Shown one piece after another: positions 18,117 through 26,105 of a stretch of DNA of 43,809 bases (positions within the stretch are counted from its first letter, which is position 1; each line of letters starts with the position of its first letter). Both the position numbers and the translations under genes were made by a program. Origin of the DNA: Candidatus Acidiferrales bacterium (lineage in GTDB: Bacteria; Eisenbacteria; RBG-16-71-46); assembly GCA_035500415.1 (NCBI GenBank), contig DATJXF010000009.1:1-43809 (forward strand), given 5' to 3'. The notes under the pieces were generated by a model. The model was not told the origin of the DNA. It saw only the letters and a program-made list of their open reading frames with translations, and did no database searches.

Positions 18117-18931
18117 GCGGGCTCCAGCGCGGCGAACGCCGCGGCCATCGCGCGCGCCGCGGCGGGATCGAGCGCGTTCGACCACAGCCCGTCGTGCTTG
18201 ATCGACGAGCCGACGATGAAGCCGTCGGCGCACGCGTAGCGCGCGAGGTTCCCGGGCGTCAGGCCGGAGCCGACGAGCACGGGCGTCGCGACCGCATCGG
18301 CGACGTCACGGACCTCGGAGGGCGAAGCCTCCTGCCCGGTCGCGGCCCCGGTCACGATCACGCCGTCGGCAAGGAAGAACTCGGCGGCCTTCGCGGTCTC
18401 GACGAGCGGGACGTCGGCGGTGATCGCGTGCGCGGCATGCTTCTTCTTGACGTCGGCGAAGGCCCGCACGCGCTCGGCGCCGATCGCGCGGCGATAGCGC
18501 AGCAGCTCGCCCGCGCTCGCCGCGATCAGCCCCTCGTCCGCGACGTGCGCGAAGACGAAGCCTTCCACGCGGACGAACTCCGCGCCGCAGGCATGCGCGA
18601 CCGCGATGGCGTCGCGATTCGCGCCGGCGAGCACCTGCACGCCGAGCGGCAGGGCCGTCTCGCGCTTCACCTCGCGGCCGATCGCGGTCATCGCCGCGAC
18701 GATCTCGGGTCCCGCGGGCGCCGTGACGTAGGGCCGGTCGTGCATGTTCTCGATCATGAGCGCGGTGAAACCGGCCTCGCGATAAATGCGCGCTTCGGCG
18801 ACCGCGTCGTGGATCAGCTTGTCGATCGCGTGGTGCGCGCCCGGCGTGCCCGGCAGCGCGCCGACGTGGATCATGCCGATGAGCGCGCGGGGCGCGCCGA
18901 AGAGCCGGCCAAAGGATTCACGGGCGAGCAT
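18113..18931 (-). CDS. BtpA/SgcQ family TIM-barrel protein
   Basis: ATG at 18931 (MLARESFGRLFG...). LIGMIHVGALPGTP, ALMIENMHDRPY, VQVLAGAN, FVRVEGFVFAHVADEG and VLVGSGLTPGN are typical of BtpA/SgcQ (PF03437). Confidence 0.8.
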   Translation of the reverse strand: MLARESFGRLFGAPRALIGMIHVGALPGTPGAHHAIDKLIHDAVAEARIYREAGFTALMIENMHDRPYVTAPAGPEIVAAMTAIGREVKRETALPLGVQVLAGANRDAIAVAHACGAEFVRVEGFVFAHVADEGLIAASAGELLRYRRAIGAERVRAFADVKKKHAAHAITADVPLVETAKAAEFFLADGVIVTGAATGQEASPSEVRDVADAVATPVLVGSGLTPGNLARYACADGFIVGSSIKHDGLWSNALDPAAARAMAAAFAALEPA

Positions 18932-19102
18932 CCCGCGAAGGTACGGCGCACGCGCGCCGGGACACAAACGCGCTTCGCGCGGTTCGAGCCGGCGCAGGCG
19001 CTCGCGACGCTGCGCGGCCCGGCGCTCCCGATGCTGGGCGGCCCGACGTCGGGGCGCCGTGCGGCTCGACGCCGCGCCCGCCGCACGAGCAGGCGCGAAC
19101 GC

Positions 19103-19660
19103 TCAGCGCGCCGCCCGGGCGCGCATCCACGCGCCGAGCGAGCGCTCGGGTGCGGGTGCCGTTGCGGGCGCCGCGCCCACGCCCGCGGCCGCCGGCCAGG
19201 GGAGCGCATGCGTGGGCGCGCGGCGCGCGACCACGAGCAGCGGCAGGCGCGCGCGGTTGCGCTCGCTCCCGGTGGCGGGCGCGGTGAGCGCGCCGGCCAG
19301 GACGCCGCGACGCAGCCAGCCGCCGAACGCGATCGTCCCTCCCGAGTCGGGAATCGTGAACCGTACGCTCGGCGGCTCGAACGCGAGCCGCCCGGCATCG
19401 AGCGCGCGGACGCCCAGCGCCGCGAAGCTGACGAGCACGTGCAGCGAGTCGCCTTCGCCCGAGATCTCGAGCTCGGCCGGCGTGCTCTCGCCGCGCCACG
19501 ACAGCGCACCCGGCCAGTCGCCGACGAGCGCCGCGGGCGTCTGCACGTCCCGCGGGCCGCAGCCGGAAATCGCTGCGATCACGAACGCCAGCGCACCGGC
19601 CAGCGTCGCGGCGCGCCGGACCTCTGCGCCGCGAGCCCGCCGCCCGGCCCCGGGCGTCAT
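19103..19660 (-). CDS. hypothetical lipoprotein
   Basis: ATG at 19660 overlaps the stop of the upstream TPR membrane protein (ATGA). It has a basic n-region and a lipobox (LAFVIAAISGC). No recognisable family. Confidence 0.5.
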   Translation of the reverse strand: MTPGAGRRARGAEVRRAATLAGALAFVIAAISGCGPRDVQTPAALVGDWPGALSWRGESTPAELEISGEGDSLHVLVSFAALGVRALDAGRLAFEPPSVRFTIPDSGGTIAFGGWLRRGVLAGALTAPATGSERNRARLPLLVVARRAPTHALPWPAAAGVGAAPATAPAPERSLGAWMRARAAR

Positions 19661-21483
19661 GGCGTTGCCGCGTGCGCGAGCCGCGCCAGCGCTCCCGCCT
19701 GCACATCGCGCGGATTGCGTGCGAGCGCCGAGTCGGCGAGCGCGAAGGCCGCCGCGCTGTCGCGCCGCGCGAGCGCGAGGTTCGCGAGCCCGGTCCAGGG
19801 ATCCGACGCCCGCGTGCCGCGGCGGATCGCCTCGCGGTATTCCGCCTCCGCGCGGGCGAGGCGCCCGGCCTTCAGGTCCGCGAGGCCCTCCTGGTAGACG
19901 TAACGCGGGTTGGGTTCGAGCGCGTAGGCCGCATCGAACTGCCTCGCGGCCTCGTCCCAGCGCGCGTGGTTGAGCGCGAAGAGCCCGACGTGGTCGTGGG
20001 CGAACGAGCGCGCGGTCGGACTCCACGCGGGCGTGGCGGCGAGCAGCGTGTCGATGCGCGCGAGGTTCATGCTCGTATCGGCGTGGAGCGCCCACGACGT
20101 CGCCGCGGCGGCGAGCGCCAGCGTTACGGCGGGCGCGAGCGTGCGCGCCGCGCCGCGCCGCCACGCCGCGACGAGCGCGCCGGTGGTGGCGAGCGCCACG
20201 ACGAGCGCGGGGGCCGTCGAAGCGTCCCAGTCGCGTCCGCTGCCGCGGCTCGCCCGGACGAACAGCATGAGCCCGAGCGCACCCACGACCGCCGTCCCGG
20301 CGAGCGCGGGCAGCATGGCCCGGCCGCGACGCGCCGGCGCGGAGCGCTGCAGCAGCGCCGCGGCGATGGCGCCCGCGAGCGCGAGCGGGGCGAGGAAGAA
20401 GAGCGCGTTGAGCGTGTCGCTGGCGCGCAGCAGCTCATCGGACGTCCCCGCCGAGCCGAGCGTCTTCGCGACCTCGCCGCCCGGCAGGTGGACGGAACGG
20501 TCGATGGTCGTGAAGACGTGCCACGCGAACGGCGCGAGCGCGATTAGCGCGAGCACGCACGTGAGCCCGGCGAACAGCACGCTGGCGCGGCGCGGCGCTT
20601 CCTTCGCGCGCAGCGCCGCCAGCACGAACGCGACCAGCACCGCGGGCACGACCGCGAAGCCCACGCGGTGCGTGAGCACGGCCGCGTTCGCCCCTGCGGC
20701 GAGCTCCCACTCGCCGTGCGCCCCCTCGCGCGCGAGCCGCACCGCGCCCGCGGCGGCGAAGGCGAGCCCGGCCAGCACCGGGCCGTATTTTTCATAGCCC
20801 GCGAAGTGCGTGAGGTAGCCGCCCGCGATCAGCACGAGCGCGCCCGCGACGAACGCGGCGCCGCGCGCGCCGCAGGCCCGCACGAACCGCAAGCAGCCGA
20901 GCGTGAAGAGCGCCGCCATGGCCGCGCCGATGGCCTGGAGCGCGGTCTCCGGGCTCCAGCCGGCCGCGACCAGCGCGTGCGCCAGCTGGAAGTGGAGCAG
21001 CGCATCGAGCGGATAGGCCTGCGGAAAGAGCACGTGCGGATCCAGCGTCGTCGCGAGCGCGCCGACGCGCAGGCCGAAGTCGCCCGCGAACTCGACCGGA
21101 TCGCGCAACGCGAACACGAGCGCGGCGACGGCGAGGGCGGCGAGCGCGTCGCCGCGGCCGGGCGCGCGCTCCCATGCCGCGCCCAGCGCATCGAGCGTGC
21201 CGGCGATGCGCCGCGCCACCGCCGGCACGAAGCCGGCGGCTGCGAGCAGCGCGATCGCGACGCCGAGCGGCCGCGGCCAGTAGCGCAGCGTGTTCACGCC
21301 CCAGAGCCAGTTGGACGGCGAGAGCGCGCCCGCGACGCGCAGCGCGAACAGCAGCGCGAGCGCAGCGAACAGCATGCGCGTGAGCGCGGGATCGTCGGGC
21401 GCCGCCGCTTCGCGTGCGCGCGGCGGCGCTTCGCGCCGCCCGCGGCCCCCGCTCCGGGGCGGCGCGGAGCGCACGTGCGTCAC
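19657..21483 (-). CDS. polytopic membrane protein with C-terminal TPR repeats (function unknown)
   Basis: GTG at 21483 overlaps the ubiD-like stop (GTGA); alternative ATG at 21375 (MLFAALALLF...). There are roughly a dozen hydrophobic segments, then TPR-like repeats (ARWDEAARQFDAAYALEPNP..., RLARAEAEYREAIRRG..., LARRDSAAAFALADSALARNP). Confidence 0.7.
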   Translation of the reverse strand: MTHVRSAPPRSGGRGRREAPPRAREAAAPDDPALTRMLFAALALLFALRVAGALSPSNWLWGVNTLRYWPRPLGVAIALLAAAGFVPAVARRIAGTLDALGAAWERAPGRGDALAALAVAALVFALRDPVEFAGDFGLRVGALATTLDPHVLFPQAYPLDALLHFQLAHALVAAGWSPETALQAIGAAMAALFTLGCLRFVRACGARGAAFVAGALVLIAGGYLTHFAGYEKYGPVLAGLAFAAAGAVRLAREGAHGEWELAAGANAAVLTHRVGFAVVPAVLVAFVLAALRAKEAPRRASVLFAGLTCVLALIALAPFAWHVFTTIDRSVHLPGGEVAKTLGSAGTSDELLRASDTLNALFFLAPLALAGAIAAALLQRSAPARRGRAMLPALAGTAVVGALGLMLFVRASRGSGRDWDASTAPALVVALATTGALVAAWRRGAARTLAPAVTLALAAAATSWALHADTSMNLARIDTLLAATPAWSPTARSFAHDHVGLFALNHARWDEAARQFDAAYALEPNPRYVYQEGLADLKAGRLARAEAEYREAIRRGTRASDPWTGLANLALARRDSAAAFALADSALARNPRDVQAGALARLAHAATP

Positions 21484-23282
21484 CTTCGCCACCAGCTCGA
21501 GACGGCGGTCACCACGTCGGGCGGGGTCGCGACGGGCTCGGGGTAGCCCGCCTTCCAGGTCGCGTCGATGCCGAGCGGCCCGCGGCACGTGAGCCAGGCG
21601 CCGCGCGACTCGACGCGCGCGGGCACGACGTCGCGTGCGCAGTCGAAGCGCGTGAAGATGCCCCAGAGCAGCAGCTCGTCGTCCTCGAGCGGCACGTCGG
21701 TGCTCACCGCGACGACGAGCTTTGCCGCCGCGAGCTCGGGGCGCTGCACGAGCGCCTCGATCACCGCGCGGCCCTCGCCCGCGACCTGCACGACCAGCAT
21801 GCCGCCCCACGCGAGCCGGTGGGCCCGCACGCGTGCGTCCAACGCCGCGGGGTCCGGCAGGCGCGTGGGCGCACCCGGTGCAGCCGGCTCCGTCGCGGGC
21901 GCGACCCCGGTGCCGGGCGACTCGCCCGCCGAACCCACCGCGCGCGCGTGCGATTGCGCGTCGATCACCATCTTGCTGCCGAGGTTCATCGTGAAGCTCG
22001 TGAAGTCGAGGGTGTCGAGCGGCACGCCGGGCAGCATGAGCAGGTCGGTCGCGGGATCGAAGTGCCGCGCGATCGCCTCGAAAACCGCGCGCCGGTCGCG
22101 CGGGTTCACGTCGGCGTCGACGACCACGACGACCTTCGTGAGCGAGAGCTGCCCGGTGCCGAGCAGGCCGAGCGCGGTTTTCTTGCCCTCCCGGGCGAAT
22201 CGGTTCTCGACCGCGACGACGAGCAGGTTGTGGAAGCCCGCCTCGAAGCACGCCCACAGGTCGGCGATCTCGGGATGGATGACGCGCAGCAGCCCCGTGA
22301 ACATCTCCTGCACCGCCTCGCCCATGAACTTGTCCTCCTGCGGCGGCCTCCCGACGACCGACGCCTGGAAGACGGGCAGCGCGCGGTGCGTGATCTCGCG
22401 CACGTGGAAGACGGGAAACGGCGCGGCGTGCGAGTAGTGGCCGAAGTGATCGCCGAACGGGCCCTCGGTGTGGCGCTCGCCCGCGGGCACGACGCCCTCG
22501 ATCACGAACTCCGCGTCGGCGGGCACCTCGAGCTTCAGCGTTCGAGCGCGCGCGAGCCGCGTCGGCGCGCCGCGCAGGAAGCCCGCGAACGCGAGCTCGT
22601 CGATGCCCTCGGGCAGCGGCGCCACGGCGGCGAGCAGCGTCGCTGGATCGGCGCCCACCGCGACCGCGACCTCGAGCGGCTCGCCGCGCGTCTCGGCGCG
22701 ATGGAAGTGAAAGCCCCCGCCCTTGCCGATCTGCCAGTGCATGCCGGTCGTGCGCGGGTCGTACACGTGCATGCGGTAGATGCCGAGGTTGCGCGCGCGC
22801 GTCACCGGATCGGCGGTGAAGACGAGCGGAAACGTGACGAAGCGTCCGCCGTCGTTCGGCCAGAGCTGCAGGATCGGCAGCGGCGCCAGGTCGGCGCCGA
22901 GCGTGCGCTCCTGCGCCGGGCCGCGTTCGACGTGCGTGCACTTGCCCGCGAGCAGACGCTTCGCGCTGCCGCGGAGCTTCCAGAGCCCCGAGAGCCCGAT
23001 GCTGGGCAGCTCGTGCACGAGCGCTTCGATCTCGGCGCCCACGGCGCCCGGGGTGCGGCCGAGCGCCCACTCGATGCGCCGCCGCGCCGCGAGCACGTTG
23101 ACGGCGAGCGGGAAGCGGCTGCCGCGCACGTTCTCGAACAGCAGCGCGGGGCCCTCGGCCCGCGCTTCGCGGCAGGCGATTTCCGTCACCTCGCAATGCC
23201 AGTCGACCTCGCGCGTCACGCGCTGGAGATCGCCCTTCGCATCGCAGTGGTCGAGGAACTCCCGCAGCGTGCGAAAGCTCAT
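21480..23282 (-). CDS. UbiD-family (prFMN-dependent) decarboxylase, menaquinone (futalosine) late-step type
   Basis: ATG at 23282 overlaps the ubiX-like stop (ATGA). MSFRTLREFLDHCDAKGDL, LLFENVRGS, NLGIYRMHV, MHWQIGKGGG and GPFGDHFGHYS blocks are UbiD-like. The C-terminal ~150 aa extension is typical of the menaquinone-associated subgroup. Confidence 0.9.
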   Translation of the reverse strand: MSFRTLREFLDHCDAKGDLQRVTREVDWHCEVTEIACREARAEGPALLFENVRGSRFPLAVNVLAARRRIEWALGRTPGAVGAEIEALVHELPSIGLSGLWKLRGSAKRLLAGKCTHVERGPAQERTLGADLAPLPILQLWPNDGGRFVTFPLVFTADPVTRARNLGIYRMHVYDPRTTGMHWQIGKGGGFHFHRAETRGEPLEVAVAVGADPATLLAAVAPLPEGIDELAFAGFLRGAPTRLARARTLKLEVPADAEFVIEGVVPAGERHTEGPFGDHFGHYSHAAPFPVFHVREITHRALPVFQASVVGRPPQEDKFMGEAVQEMFTGLLRVIHPEIADLWACFEAGFHNLLVVAVENRFAREGKKTALGLLGTGQLSLTKVVVVVDADVNPRDRRAVFEAIARHFDPATDLLMLPGVPLDTLDFTSFTMNLGSKMVIDAQSHARAVGSAGESPGTGVAPATEPAAPGAPTRLPDPAALDARVRAHRLAWGGMLVVQVAGEGRAVIEALVQRPELAAAKLVVAVSTDVPLEDDELLLWGIFTRFDCARDVVPARVESRGAWLTCRGPLGIDATWKAGYPEPVATPPDVVTAVSSWWRR

Positions 23283-23833
23283 TCCAGCTCGTCCTGGCGC
23301 CAGCCCTCGCCCGCGGGCTCGCCGAGGAGCCCGAGCACCTTGTCGGTAAAGCCCGCGACGAGCGCGTCGACGTCGCGCGGATTGCGGTACCAGGGCGGCG
23401 CGACCGGCATGATCACGACGCCCTCGCGCGAGAGCCGCGCCATGTGCTCGAGCGCGATCGTCGAGAGCGGCGTCTCGCGCACGCACAGCACGAGGCGCAT
23501 GCGTTCCTTGAGCGCCACGGCGGCGGCGCGGGTGATGAGCGTGTCGGCGATGCCGACGGCGACGCGCGCGAGCGTGCTCACGCTGCACGGCAGCACGACG
23601 AACGCGTCGTAGCGATTGGTGCCGGACGAAAACGGCGCCGCGAGGTCGTCGTCGCGGAAGATCCGTTTGACGTGCGGCTCGAGATCGCGCGGCAGGAGAT
23701 CGAGCTCGCTCTTCAGGACGTGCCGCGCCCAGTCCGAGAGGACGAGGTACTTCTCGCCCGGGCAGCGGCGCACGAAGTCGACGCCGTGGATCGCGCCCGA
23801 GGCGCCGGTCATGCCGATCAGGTACCGCGCCAC
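23279..23833 (-). CDS. ubiX: UbiX-family flavin prenyltransferase
   Basis: GTG at 23833 overlaps the ubiA-like stop by 1 nt (TAGTG). IGMTGASGAIHG, VLPCSVSTLARVAVGIADTLITRAA, LVLCVRETPLS and PVAPPWY blocks are present. Confidence 0.9.
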   Translation of the reverse strand: MARYLIGMTGASGAIHGVDFVRRCPGEKYLVLSDWARHVLKSELDLLPRDLEPHVKRIFRDDDLAAPFSSGTNRYDAFVVLPCSVSTLARVAVGIADTLITRAAAVALKERMRLVLCVRETPLSTIALEHMARLSREGVVIMPVAPPWYRNPRDVDALVAGFTDKVLGLLGEPAGEGWRQDELE

Positions 23834-24741
23834 TAGAACCCGCCCGAGGCGAGTCGGAACGCGAGCACGCTCGCGAGCACCGCGGCGCCCACCCACACGT
23901 TGATCTTGAAGAACGCGAGGTTCACGTCCTGGGCGAGCCGCTGCTCGAGCGCGAGCAGCACGACGGTCGCGACGAAGAGCGCGGCGCCGAGCGCGCCGAA
24001 GGGGGTCGCGAGCGCGCGAACACCGCCCGCGAGGCTCCCGCAGGCGATCGCGAGCGCGAGCGCGGCGAGCGCGTGGAGCGTCCACGAGACGCGCATCGCG
24101 ACCGGGCGGCCGAGCCAGGCGACGAGCGAGTGCAGGCCGCTCGTGCGGTCGAAGTCCTCGTCGAGCGTCGCGTAGATGATGTCGAAGCCCGTGACCCAAG
24201 CGAGCGCGAACGCCGCGAGCGCGACGGCCGGCCGCCAGCGCTCCAGATCGGGGTGAGCGGCGGCGAAGCCGGCGAGCGGGGAGAGCGCGAGCGCGAGCCC
24301 GACGCCGACGTGGCAGAACGGCGTCCAGCGCTTGAGGTACGGGTAGAGCGTGAAGACGGCGAGCGGGATCGCGGCAACCTCGAGGTACCACGCTCCGAGC
24401 GCCGCGCACGCGATCAGGTAGGCGAGCGTGCTGCCCGCGAGCAGCAGCCACGCTTCGGCGAGTCGCATGCGGCCCGCCGGCAGCTCGCGGCCGCGCGTGC
24501 GCGGGTTGCGCGCGTCGATCTGGCGGTCGATCAGCCGGTTGAGGCTCATGCCCGCGGTGCGCGCGCCCACCGCCGCGATCGCGATCAGCAGCCAGCGCAG
24601 CGCGGGCAGCGCGGGCCCCGGGGCGCTGAAGACGCCGGCGAGAATCAGCGGCAGCGAAAAGAGCGTGTGCTCGAAACGCACGAACGAGGCGTAGGTGCGC
24701 AGCCGGCCGGGTGCGGCGATCGGGGTGCTCGAGGTCGACAT
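23833..24741 (-). CDS. mqnP: UbiA-family aromatic prenyltransferase (MqnP-like)
   Basis: ATG at 24741. It has ~9 TM segments and the UbiA motifs NRLIDRQIDARNPRT and DIIYATLDEDFD. It is the first gene of a five-gene overlapping operon. Confidence 0.85.
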   Translation of the reverse strand: MSTSSTPIAAPGRLRTYASFVRFEHTLFSLPLILAGVFSAPGPALPALRWLLIAIAAVGARTAGMSLNRLIDRQIDARNPRTRGRELPAGRMRLAEAWLLLAGSTLAYLIACAALGAWYLEVAAIPLAVFTLYPYLKRWTPFCHVGVGLALALSPLAGFAAAHPDLERWRPAVALAAFALAWVTGFDIIYATLDEDFDRTSGLHSLVAWLGRPVAMRVSWTLHALAALALAIACGSLAGGVRALATPFGALGAALFVATVVLLALEQRLAQDVNLAFFKINVWVGAAVLASVLAFRLASGGF

Positions 24742-24907
24742 CGGGGTCCTGGCGGATGAGCGAGGGTCCGGAACCGGTCGACCTTAGAAGTGGCCGCGCG
24801 ATTTCTCAACCGCTCGGGGCGCGAGGAGCTCGCGAGACGGTGCGCGGCACGCCGCCGGGCGCTGCGCCGCCGCGGCGCCGCGAGCGAAGCTGCGGCACCT
24901 CGCCCCG

Positions 24908-24941
24908 CGGATTCGATCGCGGCGCGCCGCGATCGAATCCG
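24908..24941. repeat. perfect 34-nt palindrome (cggattcgatcgcggcg|cgccgcgatcgaatccg)
   Basis: Self-complementary over 17+17 nt with no spacer. It lies in the mqnP/lexA divergent intergenic region, so it is not a terminator for either flanking gene. Confidence 0.9.
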
Positions 24942-24951
24942 GCGCCGTCAT

Positions 24952-24997
24952 GGAGCTCGCGGTGATCGCCCTCACGAGGCGAATCGCCGCGAGCTCC
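24952..24997. repeat. long imperfect hairpin (11-bp outer stem, 7-bp inner stem with one bulge)
   Basis: ggagctcgcgg (24952..24962) pairs with ccgcgagctcc (24987..24997). The inner gatcgcc / ggcgaatc pairing leaves a 7-nt loop. A direct copy of ggagctcgcg lies at 24825..24834. Confidence 0.8.
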
Positions 24998-25331
24998 ACG
25001 CGACGCCGATCGATCTGCGCGCTCACCTCCCGAACCCGACCTCCCTGCGCGCGTCACGCGTCGGAGAGTGAAGGCGGCGGGTGAGCTTCAGGCGATCGGC
25101 CCCCGATAGCGACCCCCTCCGCATCGCCAGCCGACCTTCACCTCCTCCGGCGCGATCGAGGCCTTCCGGCCTCGTCGAACGGCTATCGCAAGTCGGCTGC
25201 CAAGCGCGCACGGCGGGAGAAATGGGCGCAACCTGTTGTGGGGTCACGATCCTCCAGGCAATGGGCGCACGCGGCGGTGTCCTCTGCCCGACGCGGCTGA
25301 CGCGCCGCCGTCGGCGCGAGGACGCCGGCCC

Positions 25332-25365
25332 TTGACGAGGTGCACGCGTGTGCAGTAACGTGCTG
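25332..25365 (+). promoter_or_regulatory. candidate lexA promoter (TTGACG-N18-TAACGT) overlapped by three phased GTGCAC-like hexamers (candidate LexA operator)
   Basis: -35 at 25332..25337 and -10 at 25356..25361. The hexamers are GTGCAC (25340..25345), GTGCAG (25350..25355) and GTGCTG (25360..25365), spaced 10 bp apart. The core TGCAC-gcgt-GTGCA is palindromic. Confidence 0.55.
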
Positions 25366-25414
25366 CGCGTGCCGGGTCCCTTGCGGGATCCACCTCCAGC
25401 GGACGGAGACCTTC

Positions 25415-26008
25415 ATGCTGAATGAGCGCGCCAAAGAGATTCACGCTTACATCCAGCGCTTTCGCCGCGAACGCGGATCCTCGCCGACCATTCGCGAGAT
25501 CGGCGAGCACTTCCGGATCTCGTCGACGAATGGCGTCCGGTACTACCTGAACCTGCTCGAGAAGGCGGGGTACATCCGCCGCAATCGGAAGATCTCGCGC
25601 GGCATCGGGCCCATGGAGTCGGCGCGGCCGATGGGCATCCCGGTGCTCGGCCGCGTCGCGGCCGGCCAGCCGATCCTCGCCGAGGAGAACTTAAGCGGCA
25701 CGCTCGATCTCGCCGAGATGTTCGGACAGAGCAACGAGCTGTTCGCGCTGCGCGTGCGCGGCGACAGCATGGTCGACGCCGGCATCCTCGAAGGCGACTA
25801 CGTCATCGTGCGTCGCCAGGAGACGGCGCGGCCGGGCGAGATCGTCGTCGCCTTGATCGAGGACGAGGCCACCGTCAAGCGCTACCAGCCGCGCCGCAAC
25901 CACGTCGAGCTCGTCGCGGAGAATCCCAGGTACAAGCCGATCGTGGTCGACCCGGATTCCAACTTCCGCGTGCTGGGCACGGTGCGGGGAGTTCTGCGCA
26001 CCGTTTGA
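25415..26008 (+). CDS. lexA: LexA repressor (S24 peptidase)
   Basis: ATG at 25415 follows GGAG. An N-terminal wHTH is followed by the Ala-Gly cleavage site (VAAGQP), catalytic Ser (RGDSM) and Lys (TVKRY). 197 aa. Confidence 0.95.
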   Translation: MLNERAKEIHAYIQRFRRERGSSPTIREIGEHFRISSTNGVRYYLNLLEKAGYIRRNRKISRGIGPMESARPMGIPVLGRVAAGQPILAEENLSGTLDLAEMFGQSNELFALRVRGDSMVDAGILEGDYVIVRRQETARPGEIVVALIEDEATVKRYQPRRNHVELVAENPRYKPIVVDPDSNFRVLGTVRGVLRTV

Positions 26009-26030
26009 TGGCCGCGGTTCATCACAAATG

Positions 26031-26055
26031 ACGGGAGCCCAAGCTCCCGTTTTTC
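26031..26055 (+). terminator. intrinsic terminator downstream of lexA
   Basis: 8-bp stem: acgggagc (26031..26038), loop ccaa, gctcccgt (26043..26050), followed by tttt. Confidence 0.8.
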
Positions 26056-26066
26056 ACCCCCGCGAA

Positions 26067-26082
26067 GTGCACATCCGTTCAC
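26067..26082 (+). promoter_or_regulatory. second copy of the GTGCAC-N4-GTKCAS motif (candidate LexA operator) upstream of the HUH gene
   Basis: GTGCAC atcc GTTCAC has the same hexamer spacing as upstream of lexA and ends 23 nt before the GTG start at 26106. Confidence 0.5.
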
Positions 26083-26105
26083 CGATCCCCGCAGGAGGAA
26101 GTACC

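Noticed and set aside
24908-24941. tRNA-like TCGAATCC (T-loop-like) string inside the 34-nt palindrome.
   Set aside because: The T-loop is ATCGAAT rather than TTCGAAT. There is no acceptor, D or anticodon arm geometry. The similarity is a by-product of the palindrome.
25130-25200. CCGGAAGG hairpin on the minus strand resembling the SRP RNA helix 8 GGAA tetraloop.
   Set aside because: The flanking conserved AAGCAGC / symmetric-loop sequence of 4.5S/SRP RNA is absent.
26028-26105. The upstream ATG at 26028 as the start of the HUH ORF (184-aa version in the ORF track).
   Set aside because: That start lies immediately 5' of the lexA terminator hairpin, so the 184-aa version would have to read through the terminator, and it has no SD. 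The GTG at 26106 has an AGGAGGA SD at ideal spacing, and the homologous region begins after it.
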